Origin: Squalus acanthias
Lineage: Eukaryota
Assembly (NCBI GenBank): GCA_030390025.1
Contig: CM059432.1
Location: 64,048,001 to 64,112,000, forward strand
Direction of reading: 5' to 3'
DNA length: 64,000 bases
Shown here one piece after another: positions 1-12,156 of this stretch. Made by a program: the position numbers and the translations under genes. The notes beneath the pieces were generated by a model. That model saw nothing but the letters and a program-made list of their open reading frames with translations, had not been told where the DNA came from and did not search any database. The number at the start of each line of letters is the position of its first letter. Positions within the stretch are counted from its first letter, which is position 1.

Positions 1-429
1 GCTTGCAGTCATGCATATTATAACATCTTACTTTGACTGTTTGCTCAGATGAAAACTGACGTTGAAAATCTGAGTGCAGATCGATAGTGTGGTTTGGGTA
101 AGAGTATTTGATCATAGTGGGTGCAGGAGGCGTGAGTTAATTTCCTAAGGCTGAATGATGCCTTTATTTTAACATTTTTTCCCCCGACTAAATCACTGGA
201 ATTTGAAATAATTAAGGATCAGTTTTTAATTGATTTTCATCAAAAAAAAATTGCCAACTCATGCAATTACTTGAAATATTGCAATATTTACCTCATGAGA
301 TTTGGGTCTGTGCTCCTCTTTTAGCTGCACCTTGAATTACGTTGGTGTAGATTACCATGCAGATGGGAGTAAGATGGTGAGGTGGTATGTTTGCACTGCG
401 TTCCCACCCCCACTATTTTTACTTAACCT

Positions 430-985
430 GACTTCAGACACGAGAAGACCGCCCATCTAAGTGGAGCCGGGGCCTAATTTAAATGGCAGTGTTGCATCCC
501 AAAATACCTTATTGGGACGCACACACCACTATAACAGACTACAACCCACATGTTCTCTGTCCCGCCAGCAAAAACTGGCAGCTGCAAGGATCCAGGCCCA
601 GGTAAGTGGCTTTTAAATACATTATTAAATGTTCATTTTCGGCCAGGGTGACCAGGAGTGCGCCACCTGGCCACACAAGGATACCTTGGGCTTCCCTGCC
701 CTGAGCTTCCCCCCCTTCCCCGATAACGAACTTCCCAAACTCCCTCCGCAAGTATATACCTACCCTGCTGGGGACTGTTTTCATTGGTCCCCGACGGTCG
801 CCTAACACCCACACCCCCGTGCAATTTTGACTCCCATTCTCCGGCAGTGACGTGATTTCCGCTAGCTTCGAGCGGGAGCTAAAGTCGGGTAATTAAAAAA
901 TTTCCTGGGCCTCACACTCCGGGGAAGACGGATGATTCGCCTCCCACTTCAGCCCCTGATTCTCGCCCAGAGTTAAAATCGGCCC
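430..985. mobile_element. Partial Harbinger-type non-autonomous element (MITE-like)
   Basis: GC-rich block ending in GTTAAAATCGGCCC, which resembles the GGGC.GATTTT termini of other Harbinger elements in this window. Left end not resolved. Confidence 0.4.
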
Positions 986-1238
986 TTTCCTTCTTTCTTC
1001 TTGGCCTCTCCTACATTTCTGGTGTCTTATCTTTATTATGTTCAGGCAGCCCCTAGCACTAGATAGCATTCAAAACTAATCATCTGAAGATAGCCTGGGT
1101 TTGAATCTTTCACCCACTGTGAAACAAGTACCCTGCCCCAAGGATCGTTCTAATCAGTCAGCACTGTGAGGTTTTCAGTTTCAATTTTGAATCCATTATC
1201 ATTTGGAGGATGTTAAATAAGTTATTTTAAACACAGAG

Positions 1239-1876
1239 GGGGAAAAATTGGGTCATGCCTCCTTTGGGGCGCTACTTTTAGTGCCCCGAAAAAGTTAGCA
1301 CTCCCGTGCCAGAAATTGAATGGTAGCACTCTTGGGGCGCTACCATTCAATATCACGACGCTACGTGCAACAGTGCCGCCGTAGTGGCATTACAGGCCTC
1401 CCTCCCCTGATTAAAGGGGAGGGGCCTAGCACAGTGCACACCGGGGCCCTGCTGGACCACTGGGGAGTGGGGTGCCGGCAAAAGAGCCCGGCACTCAAGA
1501 GGAGTGCCGGGCTGACCGATCGCGGCCGGCATCCTGCAGGAGGAGACGAAAGGGGACAGGTGCTGGCAGGCGGCCCCAAAAAAATGGCCAACCCGGCACC
1601 TGCACTTTAATTTGCGCTGCCGCGGCCGCAAACACGGCACCCTGACCCTGTCGGACATAGTGTCCAGCAGTAGGTCAGGGGGCGCAAGCAGGACTCTGCG
1701 CACGGCGATGACTTCATCGCCGGAGGCACAGCTACGCAGGACGCTACTGGCTACCGCCACCGTTAACCTCCCACTGAATTTAACGGGGGATGTTAGCGGC
1801 GCCGCACCCGGGCGCTAGGTGCTTTGTGCCCCGTTAGCACCCCATTGGGAGGCACAAAGCAACCCAATTTTTCCCC
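1239..1876. mobile_element. MITE with perfect 15-bp TIRs (PIF/Harbinger-like)
   Basis: GGGGAAAAATTGGGT at 1239-1253 and ACCCAATTTTTCCCC at 1862-1876. CpG-rich interior. Truncated second copy at 31504. Confidence 0.8.
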
Positions 1877-2339
1877 AAAACTGTTCACAAACTTTGGTAA
1901 AATAAATATTATTTGGGTCACAGTATTCAGATTTTATTTATTTGAAATGTTTTCATTATTAAAATCAGTAAAGCATTGTTTTTTTTCAAATACTATGTAA
2001 CCAATGAAGAATACTCAGAGCTATATTTTCCTCTCTGTTATTGTAGCAAGAAATGCACGTGTAAGTAAACAGGGGAGCAAGGTGGTTAGGAAGCTCAACC
2101 AAAACTTGCCCCTCTGTTATTCTTAGTTCTTCCTGTCATGCTAAAATATGTGCAAAATTAATGAAAAGAAAATTGCTTGTTAAAGCTCTCGTGAAGATGG
2201 AGAAAATCATGCAGAATTATGCAGAACAACACAAAGTGAGTTCATACTTAGAACCAAAGTCAGCCAGCTGAAATCGTATTAGTTTCATAACAGAAAAATG
2301 TGCAGAGGGTTTCGGAGTTTAGACCAAATCATTAGATTA

Positions 2340-2792
2340 CAAGCCAATATATGTAAATTAGGGAAATGGGTCCATATGTAGCAGAAGTCCTTCAAGGTAG
2401 ATAAGTGTAGTATTTGAGTTTGGGAAATATCAAGCATTTTATATCATGCAGTGGTAGCTACTAAAGGGTACAGATCAAAAGAGGGATTGAGACGTCCTAG
2501 TTGATAAATCATTAAAAGTCCATAACAGTGTGAGAGGAAGCAAGGTTTTACATTGTACTGCTCAGATAATACAATATAAAATTATGCACGCTATACTTAA
2601 CTATACAAGACGTTAGTTTGGCCCCACTTGGAGTATTATATCCAACTTTGGCAGAATGTCAAGGATCTGGAGAAGGTACAGAGAAGGGTAACCAAAATGA
2701 AACCTAATCTTTGGCTTCTTGGTTATCAGGATAGGCTCCAGGAGTTGAGGCTATTTTCATTAGAGAAACACATGTTTAAAGGGATGCGATTG
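2340..2792 (+). mobile_element. Highly decayed CR1 LINE RT/3' fragment
   Basis: Degenerate matches to the LVRPHLEYCVQFW and LEKVQRRxTKM coding stretches seen in the younger CR1 copies. Confidence 0.6.
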
Positions 2793-2794
2793 AG

Positions 2795-3134
2795 GGGATA
2801 ACATTTCTGCAGGGGTCCTCCCAATATTCCGCTGTGTCTTCGATGGAACATTGGCAGAAACCCTGGAGAATAGCATAAATGTGTGTTCACACTTTCTCCA
2901 GGGTTTCTGCAGAAGTTAAAGTAGGAGATTGGGAGAACCTTGAGGAAATTCTACCGCAAGGTTGTGATTGATTCCTGTTTGCCAGTGTTTCTCCATGGGC
3001 ACTGCCTCAAACTGCTCTCACAGAATCGCTGCAGGGCTTCTCCCACTCTCCTGGCAAAAAATCAGCAGAAGATTGGCGGAAACCCCAGAGCATGGACAGC
3101 TGCTTCAGCGGGAGATCATGGGAGATTCTATCCC
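2795..3134. mobile_element. Degenerate MITE inserted at the end of the old CR1 fragment
   Basis: Imperfect TIRs GGGATAACATTTC / GAGATTCTATCCC. Confidence 0.45.
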
Positions 3135-3164
3135 ATTGTTTTTATAACTTTCATTTGAAATAAA

Positions 3165-3316
3165 TTACATAGAATTACACAAAATTACATAGTATTTACA
3201 GCACAGAAAGAGTCAATTCACCTCAATTGGTCCATGTCCCACACGAGCCTCCTCTCACCCTTCTTCATCTAATCTTATCAGCATATCCTTTGTATTCCTT
3301 TCTCCCTCATGTACTT
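3165..3316 (-). mobile_element. CR1 3' tail fragment
   Basis: Reverse complement resembles the 3' UTR/tail of the CR1 at 7450-7618. Confidence 0.6.
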
Positions 3317-3617
3317 ATGTGCTTTGATGTGTGGAGCATGTTTTATTTACTTTTGCAACTTAGTTTTGCAACAACATCATGACCAAGTTGGTAAATAAGG
3401 AAGAAGCATTTGAATGTACAAAGGAGTCATTGCTAATTGAAAATTGTAATGATGTACTACATTAAAATTAAACATTTAAGGGGTAGAGGTTATGGCAGGA
3501 AATCACCTGCAGAAATTCTACCCTAGTGTGTCAAAATTATTAGGAAATGCTGTACTTACTCAGAATGACATATTGGCATCCAGAAAAGCACAGAGCAGAA
3601 AAACAACTCTTTGCCTC

Positions 3618-5560
3618 GAATCATATCATAGAATCATAGAAGATAGGAGCAGGAGTAGGCCATTTGGCCCCTCTAGCCTGCTCCACCATTCAATGCGATC
3701 ATGGCTGATCATCCAAATTCAGTAACCTGTCCCTGCTTTCTCCCCATATCCCTTGATCCCTTTAGCCTTAAGAAATATATCCAACTCCTTCTTGAATCTA
3801 TTTAATGAATTGGCCTCTACTGCCTTCTGTGGCAGAGAATTCCACAGGTTCACCACTCTCTGGGTGAAGAAATTCCTCCTCATTTCTGTCCTAAATGGCT
3901 TACCCCTTATCCTTAGACTGTGACCCCTGGTTCTGGACTCCCCGACCATCGGGAACATCCTTCCTGCATCTAGTTTGTCCTGTCCTGTCAGAATTTTATA
4001 AGTTTCAATGAGATCCCCTCTCATTCTTCTAAACTCCAGCGAGTATAAGCCCAATCGACCCAATCTCTCTTCATATGTCATTCCTGCCATCCCAGGTATC
4101 AGCCTTGTGAATCTTCGCTGAACTCCTTCCATGGCAAGAACATCCTTCCTCAGATAAGGCGACCAAAACTACACACGGTACTCAAGGTGTGGTCTCACCA
4201 AGGCCCTGTACAACTGCAGCAAGACATCCTTGTTCCTGTACTCAAACCCTCTCGCTATGAAGGCCAACATACCATTTGCCTTCTTAACCGCCTGCTGCAC
4301 CTGCATGCTTACCTTCAGCGACTGGTGCACAAGGACACCCAGGTCTCGTTGCACTTCCCCTTCTCCCAATCTATTGCTATTCAGATAATAATCTGCCTTC
4401 CTGTTTTTGACACCAAAGTGGATAACCTCGCATTTATCCACGTTATATTGCATCGGCCACGCTTCTGCCCAATCACCCAACCTGTCCAAATCATCCTGGA
4501 GTTTCTCGGTATCCTCCTCGCAGCACACACGCCCACCCAGTTTTGTGTCGTCTGCAAACTTGGAGATATTACATCTAGTTCCCTTGTCTAGATCATTAAT
4601 ATATATTTTGAATAGCTGGGGTCCAAGGACCGATCCCTGCAGTACCCCACTAGTCACTGCCTGCCACTCGGAAAAAGACCCGCTTATTCCAACTCTTTGC
4701 TTTCTGTCTGCCAACCAGTTCTCTATCCAAGTCAATACCTTGCCCCCAATCCCATGTGCCTTAACTTTACACGCTAATCTATTATGCGGGACCTTATCAA
4801 AAGCCTTTTGGAAGTCCAAATACACCACATCCACTGGTTCTCCCTTATCTATTCTACCAGTTACATCCTCAAAAAATTCCAGTAGATTAGTCAAGCATGA
4901 TTTACCTTTTGTAAATCCATGTTGACTTTGTCCGATCCTGTCACTGTTTTCCAAGTGCTCAGCTATTACATCTTTTATAATGGACTCTAGCATTTTGCCC
5001 ACTACCGATGTCAGGCTTACCGGTCTGTAATTCCCCGTTTTCTCTCGACCACACTTTTTGAATAGTGGGGTAACATTAGCTACCCTCTAATCCATGGGTA
5101 CTGTTCTAGATTCCATCAAATGTTGGAAGATGATCAGCAATGCATTTACTATTTCTAGGGCCACTTCCTTAGATTATCCGGCCCTGGGGATTTATCGGCC
5201 TTCAATCCCTTCAATTTCCCTAACACCATTTCCCTACAAATATTGATTTCTTTCAGTTCCTCCCTTTCATCAGACCCTATGTTCCCCAACATCTCTGGGA
5301 GGTTATTTGTGTCCTCCTTTGTGAAGACAGAACCAAAATATGTATTTAATTGGTCTGACATTTCTTTGTTCCCCATTATAAGTTCCCCTCATTCTGACTG
5401 CAAGGGACCTATGCTTGATTTCACTAATCTTTTTCTCTTCACATATCTATAAAAGCTTTTCCAGTCAGTTTTTATGTTCCCTGCAAGCTTACTCTCGTAT
5501 TCTATTTTCCCCTTCTTAATTAATCCCTTTGTCCTCCTTTGTTGAATCTTAAACTGCTCG
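3618..5560 (-). mobile_element. CR1 LINE, 5'-truncated (RT domain + 3' UTR + microsatellite tail)
   Basis: ORF pieces with [33 protein letters not shown] and RNFFTQRVVNLWNSLP. Short tail repeats near 3618-3640. Frameshifts and stops present. Confidence 0.95.
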
Positions 5561-5744
5561 AGAAGCTGTCTTGCTCCTAGAAGTTTCAGTTGTATTTTAA
5601 TTATTTTGTTTGTTAGGATCAATGCCACTTTCTGCATTTTGCTGAGGTTTTTTATTTATTCCTAATGTATAATTAAAGTGCAAATGTGAATGTCCAGCAA
5701 CCATTTTCAGAGAGGCATACATTAGGACATAAACTGTAGGGGAG

Positions 5745-7618
5745 TGCATGATAAGGGAGAATATGAAGAGATTAGGAGAGAAGTCAAAAAAACAATTAGG
5801 AAGGCAAAGAGGAACAATGAATTTAAATTATCAAGGAACATAAAACAAAATAGTAAAATATTTTACAGACACATCAATAAAAAAAAGGAAGGTTGGGATG
5901 GGAATAGGGGCATTAAGGATAGACAGGATAATACCACAGATAATGATAGAGAGATGGCAGAAATAGTAAATAATTATTTTGCTTCAGTATTTTCCAGGGA
6001 GATAGAACAGGTAGTAATGACATTGGATGATGAGATTAGTAATGAGATAAGTGCATTTAAAATAAAAAAGGGGATATATTAAATAAACTAATCAAACTCA
6101 AAGAGGATAAAACCCCTGGTCCGGATGGATTGCATCCCCGCATTTTAAAATAATCTAGGGAAGAGATAGCAGAGGCATTACTGTACATATTTAATAATTA
6201 ATTAGAAAAAGGTGTAGTGCCAGAGGACTGGCGGATAGCTAACGTAATATCTATATTTAAGAAGGGGGATATAACATGTCCAGGGAATTATAGACCAGTC
6301 AGCTTAACATCAGTGGTAGGAAAAATAATGGAATCCCTACTAAAGGAGAAAATAGAAGAACATCTAGAAACCAAAAATATAGTAATGAATAGCCAGCATG
6401 GATTTCAAAAGGGTAAGTTTTGCTTGACCAACCTCATTGAATTTTTGGAAGAGGTAACAGAGAGAGTAGACAATGGTAATGCAGTAGATGTATTTTATCT
6501 AGATTTTCAAAAGGCCTTCGATATGGTACCCCATAATAGACTGATAAACAAGGTCAGAGAATGCGAAGTCAGGGAACAAGTAGCAGAATGGATAGCTAGC
6601 TGGCTTCAAGACAGAAAGCAGAGAGTAGGGGTAAAGGGTCACCATTCATAATGGCAGAAGGTGGGTAGTGGTGTTCCACAAGGATCAGTGCTGGGACCAC
6701 TGTTGTTCACAATTTATATTAACGATTTAGACTTTGGAATCAAAAACACAATTTCTAAATTTGCGTATGACACCAACTTGGCGGGGGGGCGAGTCAATAC
6801 TGAGGAGAACTGCAACAAATTACAGGAGGACATTAATAAACTTGAAGAATAAGGAGGTCACTTATTACTTGGAGGGTGTGAGTCTAGGTGAGGTAGAGGA
6901 GCAAAGGGATCTCGGAGTACAAATACACAAATCACTAAAAGTTGCGCCACAGGTTAGCAAGGCCATAAAAAAAGCAAACCAAGCACTAGGGTTTATTTCT
7001 AGAGGGATAGAATTGAAAAGTAGGGAAGTTATGCTAAACCTGTATCGAACCTTGGTTAGACCACACATTGCGTACAGTTCTGGTCACCATATTATAAAAA
7101 GGATATAGAGGCACTGGAGAGGGTGCAGAGAAGATTTACAAGGATGATACCAGAAATACGAGGGTATACATATCAGGAAAGGATGAATTGGCTGGGTCTC
7201 TTTTCTCTTGAAAAAAGAAGGCTGAGGGGTGACCGAATAGAGGTCTTTAAAATTATGAAAGGCTTTGATAGAGTGGATACAGAGAGAATGTTTCCACTTG
7301 TGGGGAAGTGCATAACTAAAGGCCATCAACATAAGATAGTCACCAAGAAATCCAATAGGGAATTCAGAAGAAACTTCTTTACCCAAAGAGTGGTGAGAAT
7401 GTGGAACTCGCTACCACAGGGAGTGGTTGAAGCAAAAAGTATAGATGCATTTAAGGGAGGCTAGACAAGCATATGAGGGAGAAGGAAATAGAGGGTTATG
7501 CTGATAGATTTAGATGATGAAAGACAGGAGGAGGTTCGAGTGGAGTATAAACGCCGGCATGGACTGGTTGGGCCGAATGACCTGTTTCTCTGCCGTATAT
7601 CCTATGTAATCCTATGTA
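5745..7618 (+). mobile_element. CR1 LINE, second subfamily, 5'-truncated and decayed
   Basis: [32 protein letters not shown] and RRNFFTQRVVRMWNSLP motifs. Tail (ATCCTATGT)-like at about 7598-7618. Confidence 0.95.
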
Positions 7619-8782
7619 AGAGCTGATAACTGGCAAATATGGGATTTTAATATCCGTCTTGTGTGAATGTTTTCCCGAGAGGAACTGAAGTGTGTGCATT
7701 TCATTTTCATGGATCCATTACATATAAATACTATGCTCTCGACAACTGGATTACTCAACCTTCTATCATTTCTCCCACTTCAGTGGTTGATTAGCACCCT
7801 GAAATGAGCTTTATTATAGGTCCATTTTGACTAGCTCATTTTCAGTTGTCCCTGCCAGTAATATCATTAATAAAATTGCAAACAGGAAGATCCCTCTCAC
7901 CCAACACCCTGATTTTTTTCAGGAGGGAATATTGAATTCCTCTACTTGATTTTCATTTCAATGGAGAAAATCCCTATGAAATGTAGAAAAAAATTAAAAC
8001 CTGAAACAAAGAAACCAAAGGATATCTTTTCTTCTGTTCATTAATTTACAGAAAAAGTAGACATGAATATAAAGCAAGGAATGAGCAGGAACATAGATCC
8101 TCAATTACCCCAGTCGGAGTTGATAAATGTGTGGCAATTCCCAGTTCCGCCACTAGGTGGGGGTCCTCCCTCCATTGGCGATAAAATGGTGGCCTGGAAT
8201 TGACAGTCAGTGAAGCAGTCGGAAGCCACTGGCCCCGAAGTAAGCTTCCCTGGAAAGATTTCGCGATCTATGTGTCACGAATTGCAGGTTTTCCGACGCT
8301 TAATTTAAATCAACGGAAGTTAATGGGGATTCCCAGCGAAGAGCTACTGTGACATCAACAAGCTGTCTAAGCAGCCAATCAAAATGCAGAATTCTCGCAG
8401 CCAGCGAACCAGGAAGTGGGTAAGCTCCTAAAATTCTAACTTTCTAAAAATGTTAGAGAGAGCAAAACAAAGACTGGGGCTCTCACATGGGGAAAAGGCA
8501 AACCTGAAATAAAGATGAACAAACTTTAAAAAAAATATATTTTTAAAAGTTTCTTAATTTTTATTTTTATTAAAATGGATAAAATTTGATACTTCATAAA
8601 ATTATAATTAGTTTTTCAGGGCCATAACCTTTGTTTAGCAGTTAATACGCTGTTAAAACAGCATGATTACTGCAGAAGAGCCAAAGTCTTTCTTCAGTTT
8701 CCCTAATTTGAGAGATTACACTAATTGCTGGCTCTGTGGTGGGTGGGGGAATGCCGGTAGCTTTTCCAACAGTCTTCTTCTG

Positions 8783-8824
8783 CAGTACTGGATGAGCAGA
8801 CTAAATATTGGGAAGACCAAAGCT
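8783..8824 (+). mobile_element. L2 LINE fragment, left part (continues at 15731)
   Basis: Encodes QYWMSR-LNIGKTKA, which joins in frame with IIFGPSHKL at 15731 to give the L2 LNxxKTExIxFGP motif. Confidence 0.65.
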
Positions 8825-9078
8825 AGTGCTTTAGCCTGGGCTAAAACAGGCAGTGTCGTGGCCCAACGATGTTCAGCTACGCCAGGTCAAAATGGTCTAG
8901 GTAGCATGCAAAATTTGTCCTCATTAACATGATTATAGTCTATCGGCTCCAGTCTACTTCCCAGCCATGTTTGGCACAGGCTTTATTCAGTACTAAAAGG
9001 GGTGGTTCATTAATGCTACAGCACCTCATTGTCAATTCAGTTCCAACTTCACCTGTAAGCAGACGGTAGTGAAAGCAG

Positions 9079-10818
9079 ATGGCTGAGCCTCAGCACAGCG
9101 AGCGAGCCGCAGATTCTCAGACACGGCTCTTGAGGCACTGGTGGTTACCGTGGAGAGGAGGTGGCTGTCCTCTTCCCGCAGACTGGCAGGAAGCCCTCAC
9201 CACATACATCCGAAGGCTCTGGCAGGAGATAGCCGTCTTAGTGATCCAGTGCCGCAAGAAGTTTAATGACCTCACACGGGTGGTCAAGGTGAGTGAAGGC
9301 TTCTGCAAATGCCATATCCCACCATCTGCACCACAAACCTCACACACTGCTCAATGTACCACACCCCCAGTACTCACCTACCAACAATCTCAACCTATCA
9401 CCACTTACACCTCACAATTCGAGCGTCACTTCACCCTCACAACCTTACCACTGCTGCAACACTCACACCCACATCTCACACCTTGCACACACTGACAGCT
9501 ATTCAACTATGGCCGGCATGTCACCCAAACACATTGCACCGCACTCACTCGCACACTTCCCTTTCTCTTGCAGGCCAAGGTCACACATAACAGGAGGGAG
9601 CAGCGGCAGACAGGCGGGGGGCAAGCTGCCATCCTGGACCTCAGCCAGCTGGAGGAGCGAGGTCTGGAGATCATCGGCAGATTATGAGGCCGTGGCAAAT
9701 GGCGAGGTTGAAGCCCTTAGGGACAACAACAGTATGCTCATTCCTAATACTTCTCCTCACATCCCACTTCCCCCTCATCCCATAATCTCTTCTCACTTTC
9801 AAGATGCTGATGCCCTCACCATAACCAGACTCTAGTGCCTTTCTGTTTTCAGCTAATCAAGAACAAGCACCAGACCAACCTGTCCCCGAGGCAATGCAGG
9901 AGAGCAAGGGGGGAGAAGAAGAAGACACAGCGTCACTGCATCTGTCACTCGCAGACACCAGCTCAGAAACTGGCACTACGTGTACTTTAGAGGCTAGTGC
10001 AGAAGCGGGATCTGCACAGAGTGAGGCACCGAGCACGAGTGGGCTGCAGCAAGGCCAGGGGAAAGGGTCGCTCAGAGGCCAGATCCTTGGAGGGTGAGTT
10101 CGCGCATGAGTTCTGCTGCACACAACTCAGATGAGGTACTTGAAGAAGGGTGATGGGCATACACACCAAATTGTTACGTGCAATGGCAAGCCTGCCAGAG
10201 AGCCTCATGGCAATGTCAAGGAGCATGGAGGAGTCCGCCTCCAACATTGCATGGGGCTTTGCACAGAGCTTGATGCCCAGGATTTCCAAGCTGGAAATTA
10301 TGGAAAACTGCCGAAGAGACCATGCATTGCAATCTCAGCTTGCTGCCACCCAAGCTCAGATTGCTGCCACCGTGGCTGGGTTTATCACTGTCAACCAGGG
10401 CTTGCAGGGTATCGCAGCAGCCCAGCAATCTGTGCTCCAACAGATTGCTAGGAATGCTGAGGCGCCACCATGGGGGAGTGGCAGTGGGTCAGTGGAGCGG
10501 GAACCTGCTGTCTTCTCTCAGGATGACAACATTCCTGTTCCCACCACTGTCACTCTGCCATTGCCCTTGCCGCCGCCTGTCAGCCAGCCAGCCCAGACTG
10601 CTGCAGTCCCTGCCGAGGTGGTGCAGTCTACAGCCGGACCTTCTAGGGCCAGAGCTGCTCAAGGTCATCCTGCAAGGCCATCTGAAGTCTCCCCCATGGA
10701 AACTCAGGAGCTTTCCACCAGCCATGCTGCAGCCACTGGGGGAGCACGTCGCCGGAGCACTAGATTAGGAAAGGGCACCCGAACAACAGGCACTAAGAGA
10801 TTGCATAAGGGGGATTAA
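9079..10818 (+). pseudogene. Harbinger Myb/SANT (MSANTD/NAIF1-like) DNA-binding protein gene, 3 exons (9079-9288, 9574-9731, 9853-10818), frameshifted
   Basis: WQEIA..QCRKKFNDLTRVVK followed by a GTGAGT donor at 9289. Polypyrimidine-CAG acceptor at 9573, then AKVTHNRREQRQTGGG. Acceptor TTTTCAG at 9852. Low-complexity/coiled-coil C-terminus. Confidence 0.85.
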
Positions 10819-11467
10819 TTCACATCGTATGTGTAAATTGATTTTTGATAAATTTATTAATTTTGTTTGGAATATTTTGTGGTGGCTCTCATTTCAGCTT
10901 TGTGCCCAGGAGGGTGCTGTGACAGAGGGATGGTATGTTGGGGATGTGATGAGCAACGGGGATCTGGAGTTTCATTCATTAGAATCGGAGTCTGATGAGG
11001 TGTTCACGGGCAGCCCGTCCGGAAGGGGAATTGGCTGCCAGCCTCCTCCCTTCTTCCTCTTCCTCTTCCTCCTCCTCCTGCTCCGCCTCCTCTTCTCCCT
11101 TGTCCTCCTCCTGAGGTGGTCCCACAATCCATGGTGGCAAGGGCTGGGCCCTCATGAAGGTCAAATCGTGCAGCATGCAGCAGACCACCACGAAATGGGA
11201 CACCCGCTCCGCCGAGTACTTGAGGGCTCCTCCCGAGCAGTAAAGGCAGCGGAATCGTTGCTTCAGCAGCCCGATGGTCTGCTCGATGATGTTCCTGGTG
11301 GAAGCATGGCTCTCATTATATGAGTGCTGGGCGCGAGTGATGGGGTTGAGGTGGGACATGAGCCAGGTGCAGAACGGAGCGGATAGCCCTGGTCTAAAAC
11401 AGCCAACCTCAAGTTTCATGTGGTGGTTGGAAGATTGCTGGCACACCGGACTGATGCAGGATGAAGG

Positions 11468-11686
11468 TGACGTAAGAAAACTGCTAGGCACTTGGTCTAA
11501 GCTTTAAACAAAGCTTTAATCAACTGTTTTACAACATAGAGGTCTAGTTGAGTCCTTCACTAGTTCCTGTTAAGAATGTCCTGCGCAAGCTGGGCCCGTG
11601 CCCGAGTATTTATACTCTCCCTGGACAGCGCCACCTGCAGGCCACTCAGTATTATTTCATAAGTCATGAATGACAGATTCATGTCA
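11468..11686 (-). mobile_element. Solo LTR (219 bp) of an LTR retrotransposon
   Basis: TGAC...GTCA termini and a perfect 5-bp TSD GAAGG (11463-11467, 11687-11691). Minus-strand TATAAATA followed by ATTAAA. Removing it restores the transposase HDAFIL motif. Confidence 0.85.
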
Positions 11687-12156
11687 GAAGGCATCATGGT
11701 TGCTCCCAGGATAGCGGGCATTGACCATCAGGAAGCACTGAACGTGGTCGCACACCAACTGCACGTTAAGTGAATGTAGTCTTTGCGGTTACGGAAGATC
11801 GCAGGATTATTATATGGTGCCCGCAAAGTCATGTGTGTGTAGTCGATGACTCCCTGCACCATGGGGAAGCCAACTATCGTGGCAAAGCCACATGCGCGCT
11901 CATCCTGCTTCTGTCTACTCAGAGTGAAGAAAACGTAGTCCCTTCTCCTGGTGTAGATTGCCTCAGTGACCTCCCGGATGCAGCAATGGATGGCGAACTG
12001 CGAGATGTGAGCTTTGTCTCCTGCTGTAGACTGGAAGGATCTGCTGGCGAAGAAATTGAGGGCCACAGTGACTTTGACTGCCACTGGGAGAGCCATGGTC
12101 GCCCTGCTCTCAGGCTGCAGGTCTGGTTGCAGGAGGTGGCAGAGTTCTGTGACCAC

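Noticed and set aside
1320..1818. Several overlapping 70-135 aa ORFs
   Set aside because: They lie inside a GC-rich MITE where stop codons are rare, and contain no recognisable domain.
4187..4925. Plus-strand ORFs of 134 and 172 aa (also 45961-46329, 55479-56078, 36717-37109)
   Set aside because: Antisense shadows of CR1 RT coding sequence, with no independent evidence of being genes.
10979..12156. Possible domesticated host HARBI1 gene
   Set aside because: Interrupted by LTR and LINE insertions, frameshifted, and embedded in a TIR-bounded element with its Myb partner, so it is a transposon copy.
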